A stretch of DNA of 63,992 bases, the filler included, from Dimargaris cristalligena (lineage: Eukaryota), in NCBI GenBank assembly GCA_003614675.1. It is 6 parts of 6 records of this genome, joined end to end, with 100 filler letters (N's around TTAATTAATTAA, not from the genome) between each part and the next. Parts side by side here need not be neighbours in the genome. Positions count along the whole stretch, not along the records: positions 21,685 to 32,418 come from ML003158.1; positions 32,519 to 43,249 come from ML003159.1; 4 more parts are not named here. One strand, given 5' to 3'. Positions 22,879 to 35,500 of this stretch are shown here, piece by piece. The position numbers and the translations under genes are program-made. The first letter of the stretch is position 1, and each line of letters opens with the position of its first letter. The notes below the pieces were generated by a model. It saw nothing but the letters and a program-made list of their open reading frames with translations, had not been told where the DNA came from and made no database searches.

Positions 22879-25800
22879 TTGATTAAGGGGGAAAAGTCAA
22901 GTTCAATATAAGAGGCATTATCTATTTTCACTGGTTGCATAGTGGTTGAGCTCTTTTTTATATATGTTTATTCACCCTCGCCTAGCATATTTCCGCTGGA
23001 AACCAATGCAAAGCCAATAAACTGAAATGTTTCTTTGAGAATTATACTGATATTAGGTGGATTGGTTTTTTTTAAAACACCTTGGCTTTGGGAATATATT
23101 GCCCTGATAGGGGAGGGTGCAGGATGCTATAGTTTGATTAAATGGACTATTAACCTCTAATTGTAGTTTATCAGTATTATTGTGAACAGTAACAGCCCTC
23201 CCACCAATTAATCTAATGTAACGGGCAAGACAAGCGGACTGGTCTTATAATTTTGTCACTGTAAAGGCATAAAAACCTATGACTGGCAGACTAGCCTTAA
23301 ATTAACCCAGATTCAAGGCATGATCATATTACATATAGTGTTGTAATTAATAGTATAACCACGTACTATTTCCTCCGCGGTTTAATCGGAGAAAAGTGCC
23401 ATTTGGCTGTATAACGAAATATCTGATTGATGGGACATATTCCCAGCTGTAAAAGAATCATCCAGGAATTTAGGCGCAATTTTTCCAAGCTAGTTTAATT
23501 TCAATTACATCGTGATATTATTTTCTTGCAAGCCGATCTTATTATTTCATAAATGTCTGACTATCCCTTAAACAGCATGCTCACAAACACCCCACGGCCC
23601 AAAAAGTTGGAGAAGCAGTGGTACAACCCGGGGATAATAATTTTACACAATTAAAGATGGCCGCAAAAATACAACTGCGACCCAGCATCGGCCGTACTAT
23701 TATGAAGGAACATTGCAACGATGATATGGTGTGGATCCTGGTCCGAGATATAGCGCATCATCCGATTCACGAAAGTGTGATGCAGTCACTGGGCCATATA
23801 CCATTCAGTTTTGCCAAAACCCTACCCCAACTACCACGGGGGGCCAAAATCTCAAAATAAATGAATAATAATAACTTAGTTAGCATGGTCTACCACAATT
23901 GCACTAGGGTGATTTTCAGCTGGTACCAGTCCACCTACAGTTTTAATATGTCGCTGAAGGTCGGAACACTTCGCCCTTCCTATTAGGAGCGCGACATTGG
24001 GCATCGGCCATGCCAATACTGGACTGCGACCATTTGATCGGCTGTTAGGCTAGCCAGACGGAGAACGACAGAACTCATAGGTAGTACAGTGTAATGACAA
24101 GTAGGGATTCACCTCTTTAAATACGTAATATAGCCTTTTCCACTACAGAGTCCAGCATTTTTCGCTGGATTAGTTATCTATGTAAAAATAGTCCCGGCAT
24201 CGTTGGGCGCTTTTCTGTATAGTCACCGCAAATAGCAAGTTTTATAGAAAAACCCCCAGTCAGGAAATCCCATATATGACCGAATTCCAGAACAGGGTCT
24301 CATAGGTAAGAGATCAGGCCGTGGCGCCAATTCATTGTACCGAATTATACCCCAATACCTAGCTTTAATACTGAATAGCTAATTAATGACTTCCATGCTG
24401 TCATCTGAATTGTCAACAAAGGGAATGACTGGGTACGACTAAGGCACCTGGCCCCATTCCTAATATCCATTTACGATTAGTACATTATCTCCCCACAAAA
24501 CTCATGTAATAAAGCTAGGGCTGTAGCTTACTTTGGTGGGAGTAATGGGCCATCCTTTCCAGCACTTGGTTAATAATACCATTGGTTAAGTTCTGTTTAA
24601 ATAGTGAACTAAAGCCTTGCCCCAAAAACCAAAAAATATATAATTAATCATATGGATGTTACAACACGAAAGCCATCCCCTGTTACTTTTTTGCTCATTC
24701 TTTCACTTCTCTTCCTTACGACCTTCACATTTTCTCTTCCTCACCCTCTAACCTGCTTTTCGGCCTTTTTCATCCAACATGGCCACCTACACAATAGTGT
24801 GTAGGTCGCATTCTGCAGTAATGCAGATATCTAAACATAATATTCACCCCAACGGGATGCTACAAGCAGTTCAGCTTTCACCTTGCAGGGGGATTACCCA
24901 ACTACCAAGCCCGACACGCCCCTGTCTGAAGCAGATAGGGGTAGGCTGATAGTACCAGCCACCAATTGATCCAAAACAAGGTGGTGCCTGCCAATGAACA
25001 GGTTAAATGTATATTTTAAATGTGTCTTTATATAAAAAAATTATATGTAAAATTGCTTTCGATGCGAGAATACCTCCCATTTATAATATTTGTTTTGTTT
25101 GATGGATTATTGATAAGTAAATGTATATATAGATGTTTCAGACCTGGCGTAGAATAAAGAGAAATGAAAAAGCAACTGGGTTAGATTCTTGTATATTTAT
25201 GACAATGCCTCAAAGGCGATATGGATACTATAGGGGGCAGTGGAATAATGCACTTGTCCATTTCGAAGGCAATTATTAAAATACCTAGCTAATAAGGCTT
25301 GTCATACGCAATAATCCAATATGGTTAATAGCTACGCCTCGGACAAGTTTACAAGAGATAGCACACAAGCAGTTGATGCGAAGGGCGCTTTATAGATAAT
25401 AATAAAGGCGATATCGAATAGATCGAGTTAATTACAACAGGGGGTATAGAATAAAAGGTAATTAACTAAAGAATAACTATAAGAATTGGCTCGGCTTTAT
25501 ATAGCCTAGTAACCTAAAGATAAGGGTGTCGAACCAGCACAGAAGATGCTGGAAGACGCTACTAGATAGTAATATAAATGATAACTAATAATAAACGGGT
25601 ATATAATGAAGGTGATATATGGATTATGTAAATCGAGTGGTGGGAATGGCTGAAGGACACTGATCCTTCAACAAGGCCGAATTCCCGCGCCTCATTGATA
25701 GAACTAGGCAATGATGGCGCCTAGTCCTTCATAGTTAGTCGGCTTTAATCCTATATTATTAAGCGCGACATGGCTATACTTATATCAAAATTATAGGATT

Positions 25801-26054
25801 TAGTGATATATACTGGCCAGTATGGCATTTTTGGTAGGCAATTCTTTTGGTCAACCTTGACATAATCGGCCCTGGTAACTGAATATTTCTTGTATTAATC
25901 AGTCCTTGAAAAAAACGTATACCAGCCCATCCGTTTAACTATTACTAAGAAACACATATATTTATTGAGCATCGACCTAAAACTTAAAAAAATAAAAAGA
26001 CAGGCAAACGAATGTCCTAAATTACTACTGACCTATATATGGGAGAGGTTCAAC

Positions 26055-26105
26055 CAAGCTGTATAACGAAAAATCCACTGGATGAGGCGAATACTACTGG
26101 TTAAA
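26055..26105 (+). repeat. Dispersed ~50-bp repeat (copy 2 of 3)
   Basis: CAAGCTGTATAACGAAAAATCCACTGGATGAGGCGAATACTACTGGTTAAA aligns without gaps to 32361-32411 (8 mismatches in 51). The core GCTGTATAACGAA also occurs at 23406-23418. Confidence 0.75.
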
Positions 26106-26558
26106 CATGAATATCCCACCTATCTCCATGTACACATCATTTTAACCCTTACGCCTCGTGGATGGCTACGGTTGCAATGCGCACCACGATCGGGTAAGCA
26201 GGTTAAAGAAGGTTGGCCTTTTATTAGATAGTATTATAGTGGGTATAAACTGGCATGTATGAGGGCAATATCAAATCCTAAACAAACTACAAAGATTCAC
26301 CCAGTGGGGAGGGGGTCTGAGGGTAACCTAACGGAGCCAACGCAGATTGACTCGGCCGTTGGCAATGAGTCGACAAATATGTCGTGGTCTAACCAAAGCG
26401 GACCGAGACAAGTCACTCGAGTCACTGTGAACCCATGGTGTGCGACAATAAACGCAGGTAACCTATTTACACATAAGCACAACGAAACAAATAATGGTGA
26501 GCCCAGTCATATCAACAGATCAAAATTGCCCGTTAGGGGTGCACAATCTAGAGACACG

Positions 26559-28133
26559 TCACGATTTTATAATTCGACCATGGTACTGTAGTAGGTGTAC
26601 TTTCATGAAACTTAACATAACCCCTGTCCAATGGCAGTAGTGACCTTGTGGGTTCCGAACCTTTAGGACTAAACCACGGCGTATACAACTTACATATCCA
26701 CCAATTCGACCATGTTCCTCCCAACTGGCGAAACAGCCGGCATGAATATTATTACCGCACTTTCCTCGGCACCATACGAGTTTATTACTGGCCCATTCCT
26801 CGGTAGTCATAGTGTCGCAGCAGATAGGACAAGGGTCGATCGGTTCCTTAAATTTGTTGGAGTAGCCCGGGGTAGCGGTGCCCTTGTAGTGGGGGTCAAC
26901 TAGGCCTCGCATGGAGTCCAGGGGGTGCCGCCCCACCCCTGACAACGAAACCATATTGTCTATGCGTTCTTTCCATTTATCATCACCGGCCTGTTTTTGG
27001 CGGCGAAGGAAGGTTTGGACTGAGTGCAGTGGGTCGGTAATTTCCCAGTAGGCATTTTGAACGTTTGAATGGGCCTGTCGGAGTAGGGACGCAATGGGCA
27101 GTAGTGGTTGTAGTTAGCGGGCCCCATAGTCGGCGGCATGGTACAGTGGCGGGGTACAGTTTGGATTAATCATTAGGGGTGTAATTAGCCCAAAATTGCA
27201 AACGCAGCTGTCCGCAATGGAATGTTCACTCATCAATACATCACTCAGTGATGGGCATCTCCACCCTTATGAATTATTCAGTATCACTATAAAATTGTAA
27301 GCTCCCACTCCGTTCTCTTTTCATCAATCTATCAAGTGAGCAAAACTTACCAAGACAGACGGGTATGGTACCGTGTTACTGAGCATTTCCTTGAGTTCCT
27401 TTGAGAGCCAGGCGTGTTGAATACGAAGCGGGCTGCCAGTGGGCACCCTCAGCACCTTGGCAACGACAAAAAAGATGTGTTTACAATGGTTTCCACTGCG
27501 AAAATCTCCGCAGGTACAGACAGGCACGTGTTTAATAGTAATATGGTAGACCTGTACGAGTTTGGAACCAGGCGGGAATAGCAAGGGTATAGAAGGGGGA
27601 ATCATATGCCATTGCAAAAAAGGAAACATCGATCAAACACCCATGGCGGTTAGTTCAGGCTACCAGTTTTGCCAATCGAGCACTTCCTGCGTAACAATGG
27701 TGGGAGACTATTAGCCAGTTGAAGTCGATTACCATACGTATACGTACCTTACCGAAGTTCCCCAGTATTACAAATAGGTGTTCCAATTCCGCGAGCTTCC
27801 GACGGTCAATCAGATAAATTCGTTGCCTCTTAGCTCGAGTGATCCGCCTCTTCATATCCTACACCAGCCCAGATGCCCAAGGCAGATTTTAAATCGCCAA
27901 CAGATAATCCGGTGAGTAATCAGTAGTTATGGTGAGAGTCGTCCATAGCTAAATCGGCCATTTTGAAAACAAGGACAAGGCGTGCGCCTGATTCACCCTA
28001 GGCTGGCCTGGCCACATCGGTTATGCTGGTAACGTTTACTTACTACAGACGGAGCGTCCACGAATGGGAGTTGGCGCCTCTCGTAATCGGTGCGCCCTGA
28101 TAGCGATAGCGACTGAAAATATTCATCAAGCAT
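26559..28133 (-). CDS. SWIM zinc finger + RING-like protein (ZSWIM2/MEKK1-SWIM-RING type putative E3 ligase); 3' end uncertain, possibly degenerate
   Basis: Exons 28133-28044, 27858-27748, 27551-27351, 27074-~26559 with GT..AG introns join in frame: RRITRAKRQRIYLIDR...VILGNFGKVYHITIKHVPVCTCGDFRSGNHCKHIFFV (SWIM CxC..CxH) and CPICCDTM...LVWCRGKCGNNIHAGCF (RING). Confidence 0.78.
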
Positions 28134-29774
28134 TGCAGGAAAAATAGCTGAGTCCAGGTAGGTTTACAGAAGACACGGGAACGAAGGGCAGGGAAGATGG
28201 GGGTCAGGAAAGACAAACGTAAGAACGTATAGTTAGTATCCATTGGTGAAGGGCGGGCGGTAGGCCACGTCGAATTAAATACAAATGGGAGAAGGGCCAG
28301 GGCGTACTTGGGCGATTGGTGTCGGTCCTAGGCTTTTGAACGGTGAGAACAGGCTTTACTGAACGTTCCGAACAGGGGAGGTAAAAATGGGGCACTATAG
28401 TTTGGCTTGGGAGTCCGCTTGGTCAAAGGTAATAGTTCAGCCGCTTGCATCATTAGCTCTGGTTTAATCATTGGGGATCATAGGGTCGATAAATCCGTAC
28501 AAGGTGATCGCTCACCTGCCATAACACTTGCCCTAGTGCCCAGCACCTGTACACTATACTCGTCGCTGATGCCTTTGGTATATGCCTGCTCCCCCTTTAT
28601 TTGCCATTATTATTTATCACTAGTACTCGGTTTCAGCACTTCTACCATATATATGTCCTCAGATTCGTATGAAATACGTCTGGCTACCCTGGTACTAAGT
28701 ATGCATCAATCGCTTTCCTTTGGAATGGATACACTTACCGTCCTGGTCCTTCGGAACTAGGTGCTAACCTTACCACAAATTTACTTTAAATTGAGTCCAG
28801 GGTCGCTTTTTTATATAGAGACCTGCTTTTATGGGCGAATAAAGTGCCCTGGGGAAAACTGTCAAGGTTGCTGAAAGACAGGCCGAGAGATTGGTGAAAC
28901 CGATTTCCTATAACTTGGCTCGGTTGGCAATTTATCAAAATACGAATTCTGATGCTCGGCAGGCCCGTCTTTACATTCCTGACAATCCGTTCACATGATA
29001 CTTATACGGTGGCTCATGGAATTTCGAAGGAAATTGCATAGTAACTGTCTCGGTCTCTATTATACATTTGACATACAATAATGGCCTTAATTTTGCTCCA
29101 TGACACTATCCGACTGGCCCTAGGACGTTTCAAAATATTGCCCGTGTAGCTATGGTAATAATGTAGTGAAAGAATACTATTTAATTCCAACGGAGATTTC
29201 AATATACTAACAATATGAGCTCCTTTAGGTGATATCGATACAATGTGGCATGGAAACAGAAATACATAGTTTAGGGCAAGAGAAAATTATACAGGACAGT
29301 AGTGCAAATGACCTTAGAACGACTGGCGAGAGAGATATAGGAAAAGCATAGAGGAAAGAGCCAAGAGGATAGCAAAAAGGGATTCCCTTATCCAGCCAAG
29401 CGGGAACATACGATGCAAAAAAGGTGAATATTGGGGGCGCTTGGCAAGAACAAAGGGGAGGAGCCGGTCGGTGAATGAATGGGTCCAGAGCTCGGATTTC
29501 CGGGCCCTGGTGGTGTACCCCAGTCGGCGATCGGCGGGCGGAATGGATAATGTCCATTAGACTTGCTGCTTATTTGTCTTTCTTTTGGTCCTCCCTAAGT
29601 TCGAGGAATAGTAAAGTGAAACGGGCCAATATCATTGAATAAGCAGAACGGCAGTACCGAAGGATTGGTGGGTTAATTTACGGAATTGGAGAATAGCCCA
29701 AGGGAAAGTCTTCCATGCGGAGTACCATACATTGACTAAACCAGCTACTGCTAAAAACAGGTCGAAGGGGTAAC

Positions 29775-31049
29775 TTACACCACTTTGACGGCGACCACAA
29801 TAGCAATGATGGCAATGACTACCAGGACCACTCCTGTCAGGATCCACATCTTTTGGCGTGTCCGCTTACGGATTTCAATCGCCTGCGTCACCTCATGATT
29901 AGCGGCCTCCGTTTCCTTGACCGTTTCCTGCACCTGCACTTCGATGGTATCGAACATTTCCTGCTGGGTCGTGGCCATTTCGTTGAGCCTAATGAACAGA
30001 GCGTTTAGTTCGAGGGCCTTCTTTTCGATTTGCCGCATTTCCCGCTGCCGCGTTTCCACCTCCTTCATCACCCGCCGGGCCTCGCCGATTCGGGTGGACG
30101 ACAATAAGGACTGGGTGAAGATTTGGCCCGCCCGTTCGTCATCCAGGGCGGCCTGGACTTCCTCCGTGGTGGCCGTGGGTTTGGCCACCTTGTACTGGCG
30201 TTCGAGTCGCTCCCGGGATTTGGACCAGTGACGGTCTTCCGCATCGCGGTAGTGCTCGACAGCGGTTTGGAATTGGCGGGTTAGGGCCGCCGTACGGCCC
30301 CGCCGTGCGGCCTGTTCCGGTGGGCCGAGGACATTCCGGTTGGATTCGCCGAGGACCTCCAGGGCCTTTTGGAGGGTCCGGATATGTTGATCGACCTCGG
30401 CGGTGAGGGCGTCGGACTCTTGGCGAGACCGGTTAATTTGGTCTTCCCCGACGGCCTGGAGGGACCGCTGGTTTTGTTGATCAATAGCATCGATTTGACT
30501 CTGGAGTTCTTCGATTTGCTTTTCAATACGGATAACCTGCGCAAATAGAAGTTAAAGAGGGATATAGATGGATTAGCAAACGGTTAAGTTGGTGCGGTGG
30601 TGATTCGGGCCAAACATCCTATTAGTGCGCATTTATATTTTTTGGCGTGCTTATTGGGCTCCGTCACAGTCACTTGAGAAGGATTGACTCAATGAATCAC
30701 TTATATGTTCGGATTTGTAGAAATAGGGGGGAGTGGTGCAACAGTAGTGGGTGCCACAGTAAGTATGGGTAGCTTACCTCTTCATAGAAGATTGCCTGAC
30801 TATTGCTCGAAGCGGAATGGTCGACGGCTACCACAGCCGAATGGGGGGTGGTAACCTGTCACGTTCAAATAAGCCGAATGATAATTTTAAATTACGGTTA
30901 GTGAGACTATCAGACTATGGCCCTTCGCTTATCCGGCCTTGGATTACCCCTCATTGACGGATGTACTGCATGGATGGCCAACTCCGCCTTCGGTTAGAGT
31001 TTTGTTAATTTCGACCTACCTTAAATTCACCCAGTCTATCGCGCGACAT
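29775..31049 (-). CDS. Plasma-membrane Qa-SNARE syntaxin (Sso1/Sso2-like), 289 aa, 3 exons
   Basis: Exons 31049-31020 (MSRDRLGEFK), 30855-30778, 30536-29775. Habc helices, ERQYKVAKPTATTEEV, QIFTQSLL, SNARE helix with central Gln (EMATTQQEMFDTIE) and C-terminal TM segment. Confidence 0.92.
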
Positions 31050-32360
31050 GGTACAGTGGGGGGAATATCGCTTATACTGCCTCAACAAAGGTCAATAATT
31101 AAAAAATATATGTAATAGAATAGCTATTTAACAATTGGCTAGCGAACGAAAAGTGTAACCTGGGCGAAATTGCCACAGTAGTAATAACAATAAATAGTCA
31201 AGCGAAATCCGCACTGTATATATCTTTTTGGATATCAGTAAATATGTCTCACTGGTCAGCATCTACATTTACCACATCCACAATGCAAGGAATACCAAAA
31301 CGGACTGATAAACAGGCAGAAAGGAGAGTTGTCCGAAACACAAGATGTCCCAAAATAAAACGAGGTCAATACTTCTTTTTGCAGCAAGTGCAATAAATAG
31401 AGGGGGAATTAAACAATAAACTCCAGGGGTTGGGCCGAGAAACTCAACAAGTAGTATAGACACCGTCGCGTTTTCAGGATTCAAGGTAAACCCGAAGGTG
31501 GGAAAGTAGGTAAAGTAGAGAGCTGGCGGTGTAAACGTAAATACGGGTGAGAGAAGGTAGGGGAAACGAAAGGTGAAGAAGGAGGGGTTGGGAGGGGCGG
31601 AAAGGGGGGCCTTCTTGTACTCGCTCGATTGTGGCCTAATGCCCAAGGCTTCGACCATCAAGTGGGATAAACGCAAAACCACTAATAATACTTCCCTGTA
31701 ATACGCATCAATCCACGCGAAACAAAGATCCGCGCCCCAATCCCTCCTTCGGTAGGGGGGGGAGGAAAGGAAGGGAGTGAGGCCTACAAAACCGGCCTGT
31801 TCAATTTTAGTTCATTGGGAACATTCATTCACCTCCCTTTCCCTGCCTACAGAGTCCCTTTTCCTCCCGATTGTTCGGGTGGACTTCGGGCCATTGTTCC
31901 CTTTTCCTCCCTTTATGGGTGTCTTTATTCTTGAGACAAGGTGAACGCCGGAAAATACCAAGCCTCAACCCATTCATCGATTTGCGCGGGTCCTTATATG
32001 TCAGGCTATGTAGAGGAGGGAGAGAGAGGGGGGGAAGGACAGATGGAGCGGATGAAACTGATTAGCTTGAGCTGTTTCCCTTGGCAGCCCTCTCGTTTAT
32101 ACTAAACATAACTAATTCGCAGTGGTATGCTCATGTCAATGCCCCCCCCCCTGTTAAAGGCTCCAAAGTGTGGCCGCCATTTAGGGGTGGTGAAATCCCC
32201 AGGCCTTGAATGGTAAACAACAGCGGGCACCATTGCAGCTGCCAACACCCTGCGTATTACCCATGCGTTTACTTACCAGTATCACTGGTGTACGGTGGTA
32301 AGCTTATACTATTGTAGTAGTCCCACTAAGTCGATGACAAAGGTATGGCAGATATTCATC

Positions 32361-32418
32361 CAGGCTGTATAACGAATAATCCATTTGATGAGGTAAATAT
32401 TACTGGTCAAAAGTTATT
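32361..32418 (+). repeat. Dispersed ~50-bp repeat (copy 3 of 3) at contig end
   Basis: CAGGCTGTATAACGAATAATCCATTTGATGAGGTAAATATTACTGGTCAAA, homologous to 26055-26105; the contig ends a few bases later. Confidence 0.75.
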
Positions 32419-32518
32419 NNNNNNNNNNNNNNNNNNNNNNNNNNNNNNNNNNNNNNNNNNNNTTAATTAATTAANNNNNNNNNNNNNNNNNNNNNNNNNN
32501 NNNNNNNNNNNNNNNNNN
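32419..32518. other. Artificial contig-joining spacer
   Basis: 44 N + TTAATTAATTAA + 44 N. Confidence 0.98.
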
Positions 32519-35500
32519 TCCTAATTATTCTTGAGGTTTGATTCTATTATTTCTTTGATTATAAGGCATTTACGCCTGTTATTATATAAGTCGCTCTGCC
32601 ACATCACAACAGAAAAGTTCGTCAATATCTCTTATTTGTCAGTAAAATGTTTTAAAATCAGCCACATTTCACTATCCTGTATTTCGCATTAAGTTACAAT
32701 CTATGGACAGGCGCTTCTTTTGGCATATATACCTCTTCATTGAGATTTTACACATAACTACACTTTATCATATTTATCACAACTTGTGATGTGTTCATGA
32801 TATAGATATTCCATTTCGCTACAGTGGGCTTTATTCAAGTGCTTTCACCTAATATTAGCCCCAATGTAGTATATCAATTGTGTATATGTAATTATTTTTC
32901 CCATACCACCATTGCCTTTGTATTCAATTATTCTGGATATTATAATGTAGCACTGTTTTAATGCCAAGATTAGATCAGTTTGTGTACTGATAAGTTAGAC
33001 GTAGTTATTGTGATTGAGACTAAAAAAAGGGGAATCCAACCCATTTATACAAGACATCGAGTGCAACTATAGGGTGGGGGGGTTTTTTTTTGGGGGGGGG
33101 GGAGTTCAGTAAAGGCCTATAACCTTAATGATCCTTAAAACGCACCATCGCAGTTTTTTACTAACAGTCCCTTCGTAGGAGGGCACTATTACCCAGACCG
33201 ACTTTATCACACTAATACATATATACCTTATGTTTTCCACTAATCCCAAATCACTCGACTACTTTATCAGTCATTATACGGATGGCTCGGTTTCTAACCA
33301 TAATGACCGAATATTATCAAAACCATCAGTGTGTTCAAATGATAGCAAAGCAGTCATTTTACAGGGGGTTGGGTTAACTAAATATCAATTGTATAAAGCT
33401 ACAGTGGTGTCCAGAGGAAATGACATACTTAGAGAGAGTGTGTAAGAAAAGCAGTATGAGATAGTGGGTATGGTATATGGCAGACCCTTCAACCCTCAAG
33501 CGTCTCACTATCGGCTCGCCATCCTTTGAGGCAATTTAGCCATACTCAACCATTAGCTTTGGATCCCCCCACCCATTCATCCGTTAGGGCTAATTGAAGG
33601 TGGGGTAAAATGACTATGTTTAGTTTTATCCTGAGAGGCCACTCTATATAGGACTAAACCATTATCAGCTATTGGGGGTATTAGTTTGACTCGATTTGAT
33701 ATTGACATCCTGCGCAGTGGCCAGTTTTAAGGAAATCAAAGTCGATACTGGTCTAATGAACAGACTGGCACTACGATAATCATGTACCAATATCGTTAGG
33801 GCAATTGTGTGACTGATCCTTCATAGCCGATTGACGGACTTTAGATATTTAATCCTTCGAGGACATCAGCTATTCTCCAACATCCCGTTACTAAGACAGA
33901 TATCGTCGTCGGAGCTTCATAGATGATGATCATTCTTCCCATTGAACCTTCGGAGCCTGACGTTCCAATGGAGAGAAACCCGTGTCCATCAGTTACAATA
34001 TAATTTGTTTCAACTTCTATTACTCCACTTTAAATGATCCTAAACTAATATAATCACAAACGAGGCATCTCCGTTGCTGTAGTCAATATCCCAACGGATA
34101 TACCCCACCAGTATATCTTATCAGACTGGATGTGAAGGTATGAGTAGGATGTCCATTAACAAGGATCTCTAGCAATCCCAAACACAGGGGTGCTAAGCAT
34201 TTGTATTTTGCCACACATGGATGGGCTCAACGATTAAATTATTTGGATAGTTATCCTACTCGTACCTTTACACGGTTGAGCCTCATTAACCTATACTGCC
34301 TATTTAGGACAAAGGAAGTGCAAAGTTAGGTCGATCCAGTCCTCATAAAGTATGGGCTCCGACGCTAACCCTCAGCGATCAGCTAGGGTAGGTAATACGC
34401 ACCCTTGTTGTCAGAATATTCCGCGATTCTCTAGTAACGGTTAGGTCTATGGAGTAACTGGTTTTCCGAGCAGGGAAGAAATGCCAATAATCAAATATTG
34501 AGTTGGGCGGGATGGGACTCTAAAGCGGAGATTTCTAAAAGAGTCAATTATTAACCATTTAATCGAAACTTAGAGGGTTGAATTTGTGTTATATCCACTC
34601 GTTATATATTCCCTGGCTATCTACCTGTTGACTAGGGCGGCTACTGTTTGCCATTTACCAGGTGGAGGCGGACATAGGTGGGGGGCGAGTTGAGCGGTTT
34701 CATTGGTGGGGTGCTCCCTTCGTCCTATAGTAGTGTAGCCCGCCTCGCCCGGTGGTGGCATTCTATATGACTGGACCATTGTAGCCGGTACTCGGGTAAA
34801 CCAACACCTTATCCATTAAACCTCTACCCATTCACCTTTAGCACTCAGTACATTGCAGACTTGTGGACATGGCTTATTTCAACTTTAATTTGGGTAATCA
34901 GCTTGATTGCCCTTCTGTTCACCACCGAGACCAATGAAAGGGCTAGTGTGCGTGTTGTTGATTATTGGTTGGAATGATAGCCTGTCGCGGGCATTTCTCG
35001 GTACCAAATATCTTTCTCCTCTCCTTGTTGCATTTGTAAGGGGTAGGGGGGATAGGGTATGGTGCTCATCAACCAAGTAGAGGCCATAAATGAACATTTC
35101 AATATATTGTTTTTTCGCGGATGGGGGCCAATAGTTTAGCCATGTAATGCGCCCACAGTGAGCTGCCATTGCGGATACTCTTTGACCTTCTGACGAAGGA
35201 TGTACTCATTTTGCTAACCAAATATGAATACCGCAATACAGATGTCCCGAAAATCATCATATTACATGGGGTAGGGGTATATTCCATGCATGGGGAAATA
35301 ATCTTGATACAGTGGTGGAGGGAGTTGTAAAGTCAGCCGAGGTCGGTATGGTACAGTACAGTCTTGCAGTGGACCCGCCTCTGTTCGTTCACCATGATTC
35401 ACCATGCAAAGGATGCTACACTGCTCATATGGAGCAGAATCTTGGGCGGATCACGGCTAGCTTCAATGGCATTATGGACCGGGCTAATGAAGGACCAGTA

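Noticed and set aside
24480..25860. Possible copia integrase (FWGKALVHYLNRT, minus strand ~24590-24627) and DDE transposase-like fragments in AT-rich intergenic DNA
   Set aside because: Matches are too short and alternative frames read equally well; needs TBLASTX against a repeat library.
33920..34000. ATGATGA...CTGA resembling a C/D box snoRNA
   Set aside because: Boxes are only ~30 nt apart, with no terminal stem, no distal D box and no recognisable rRNA guide.
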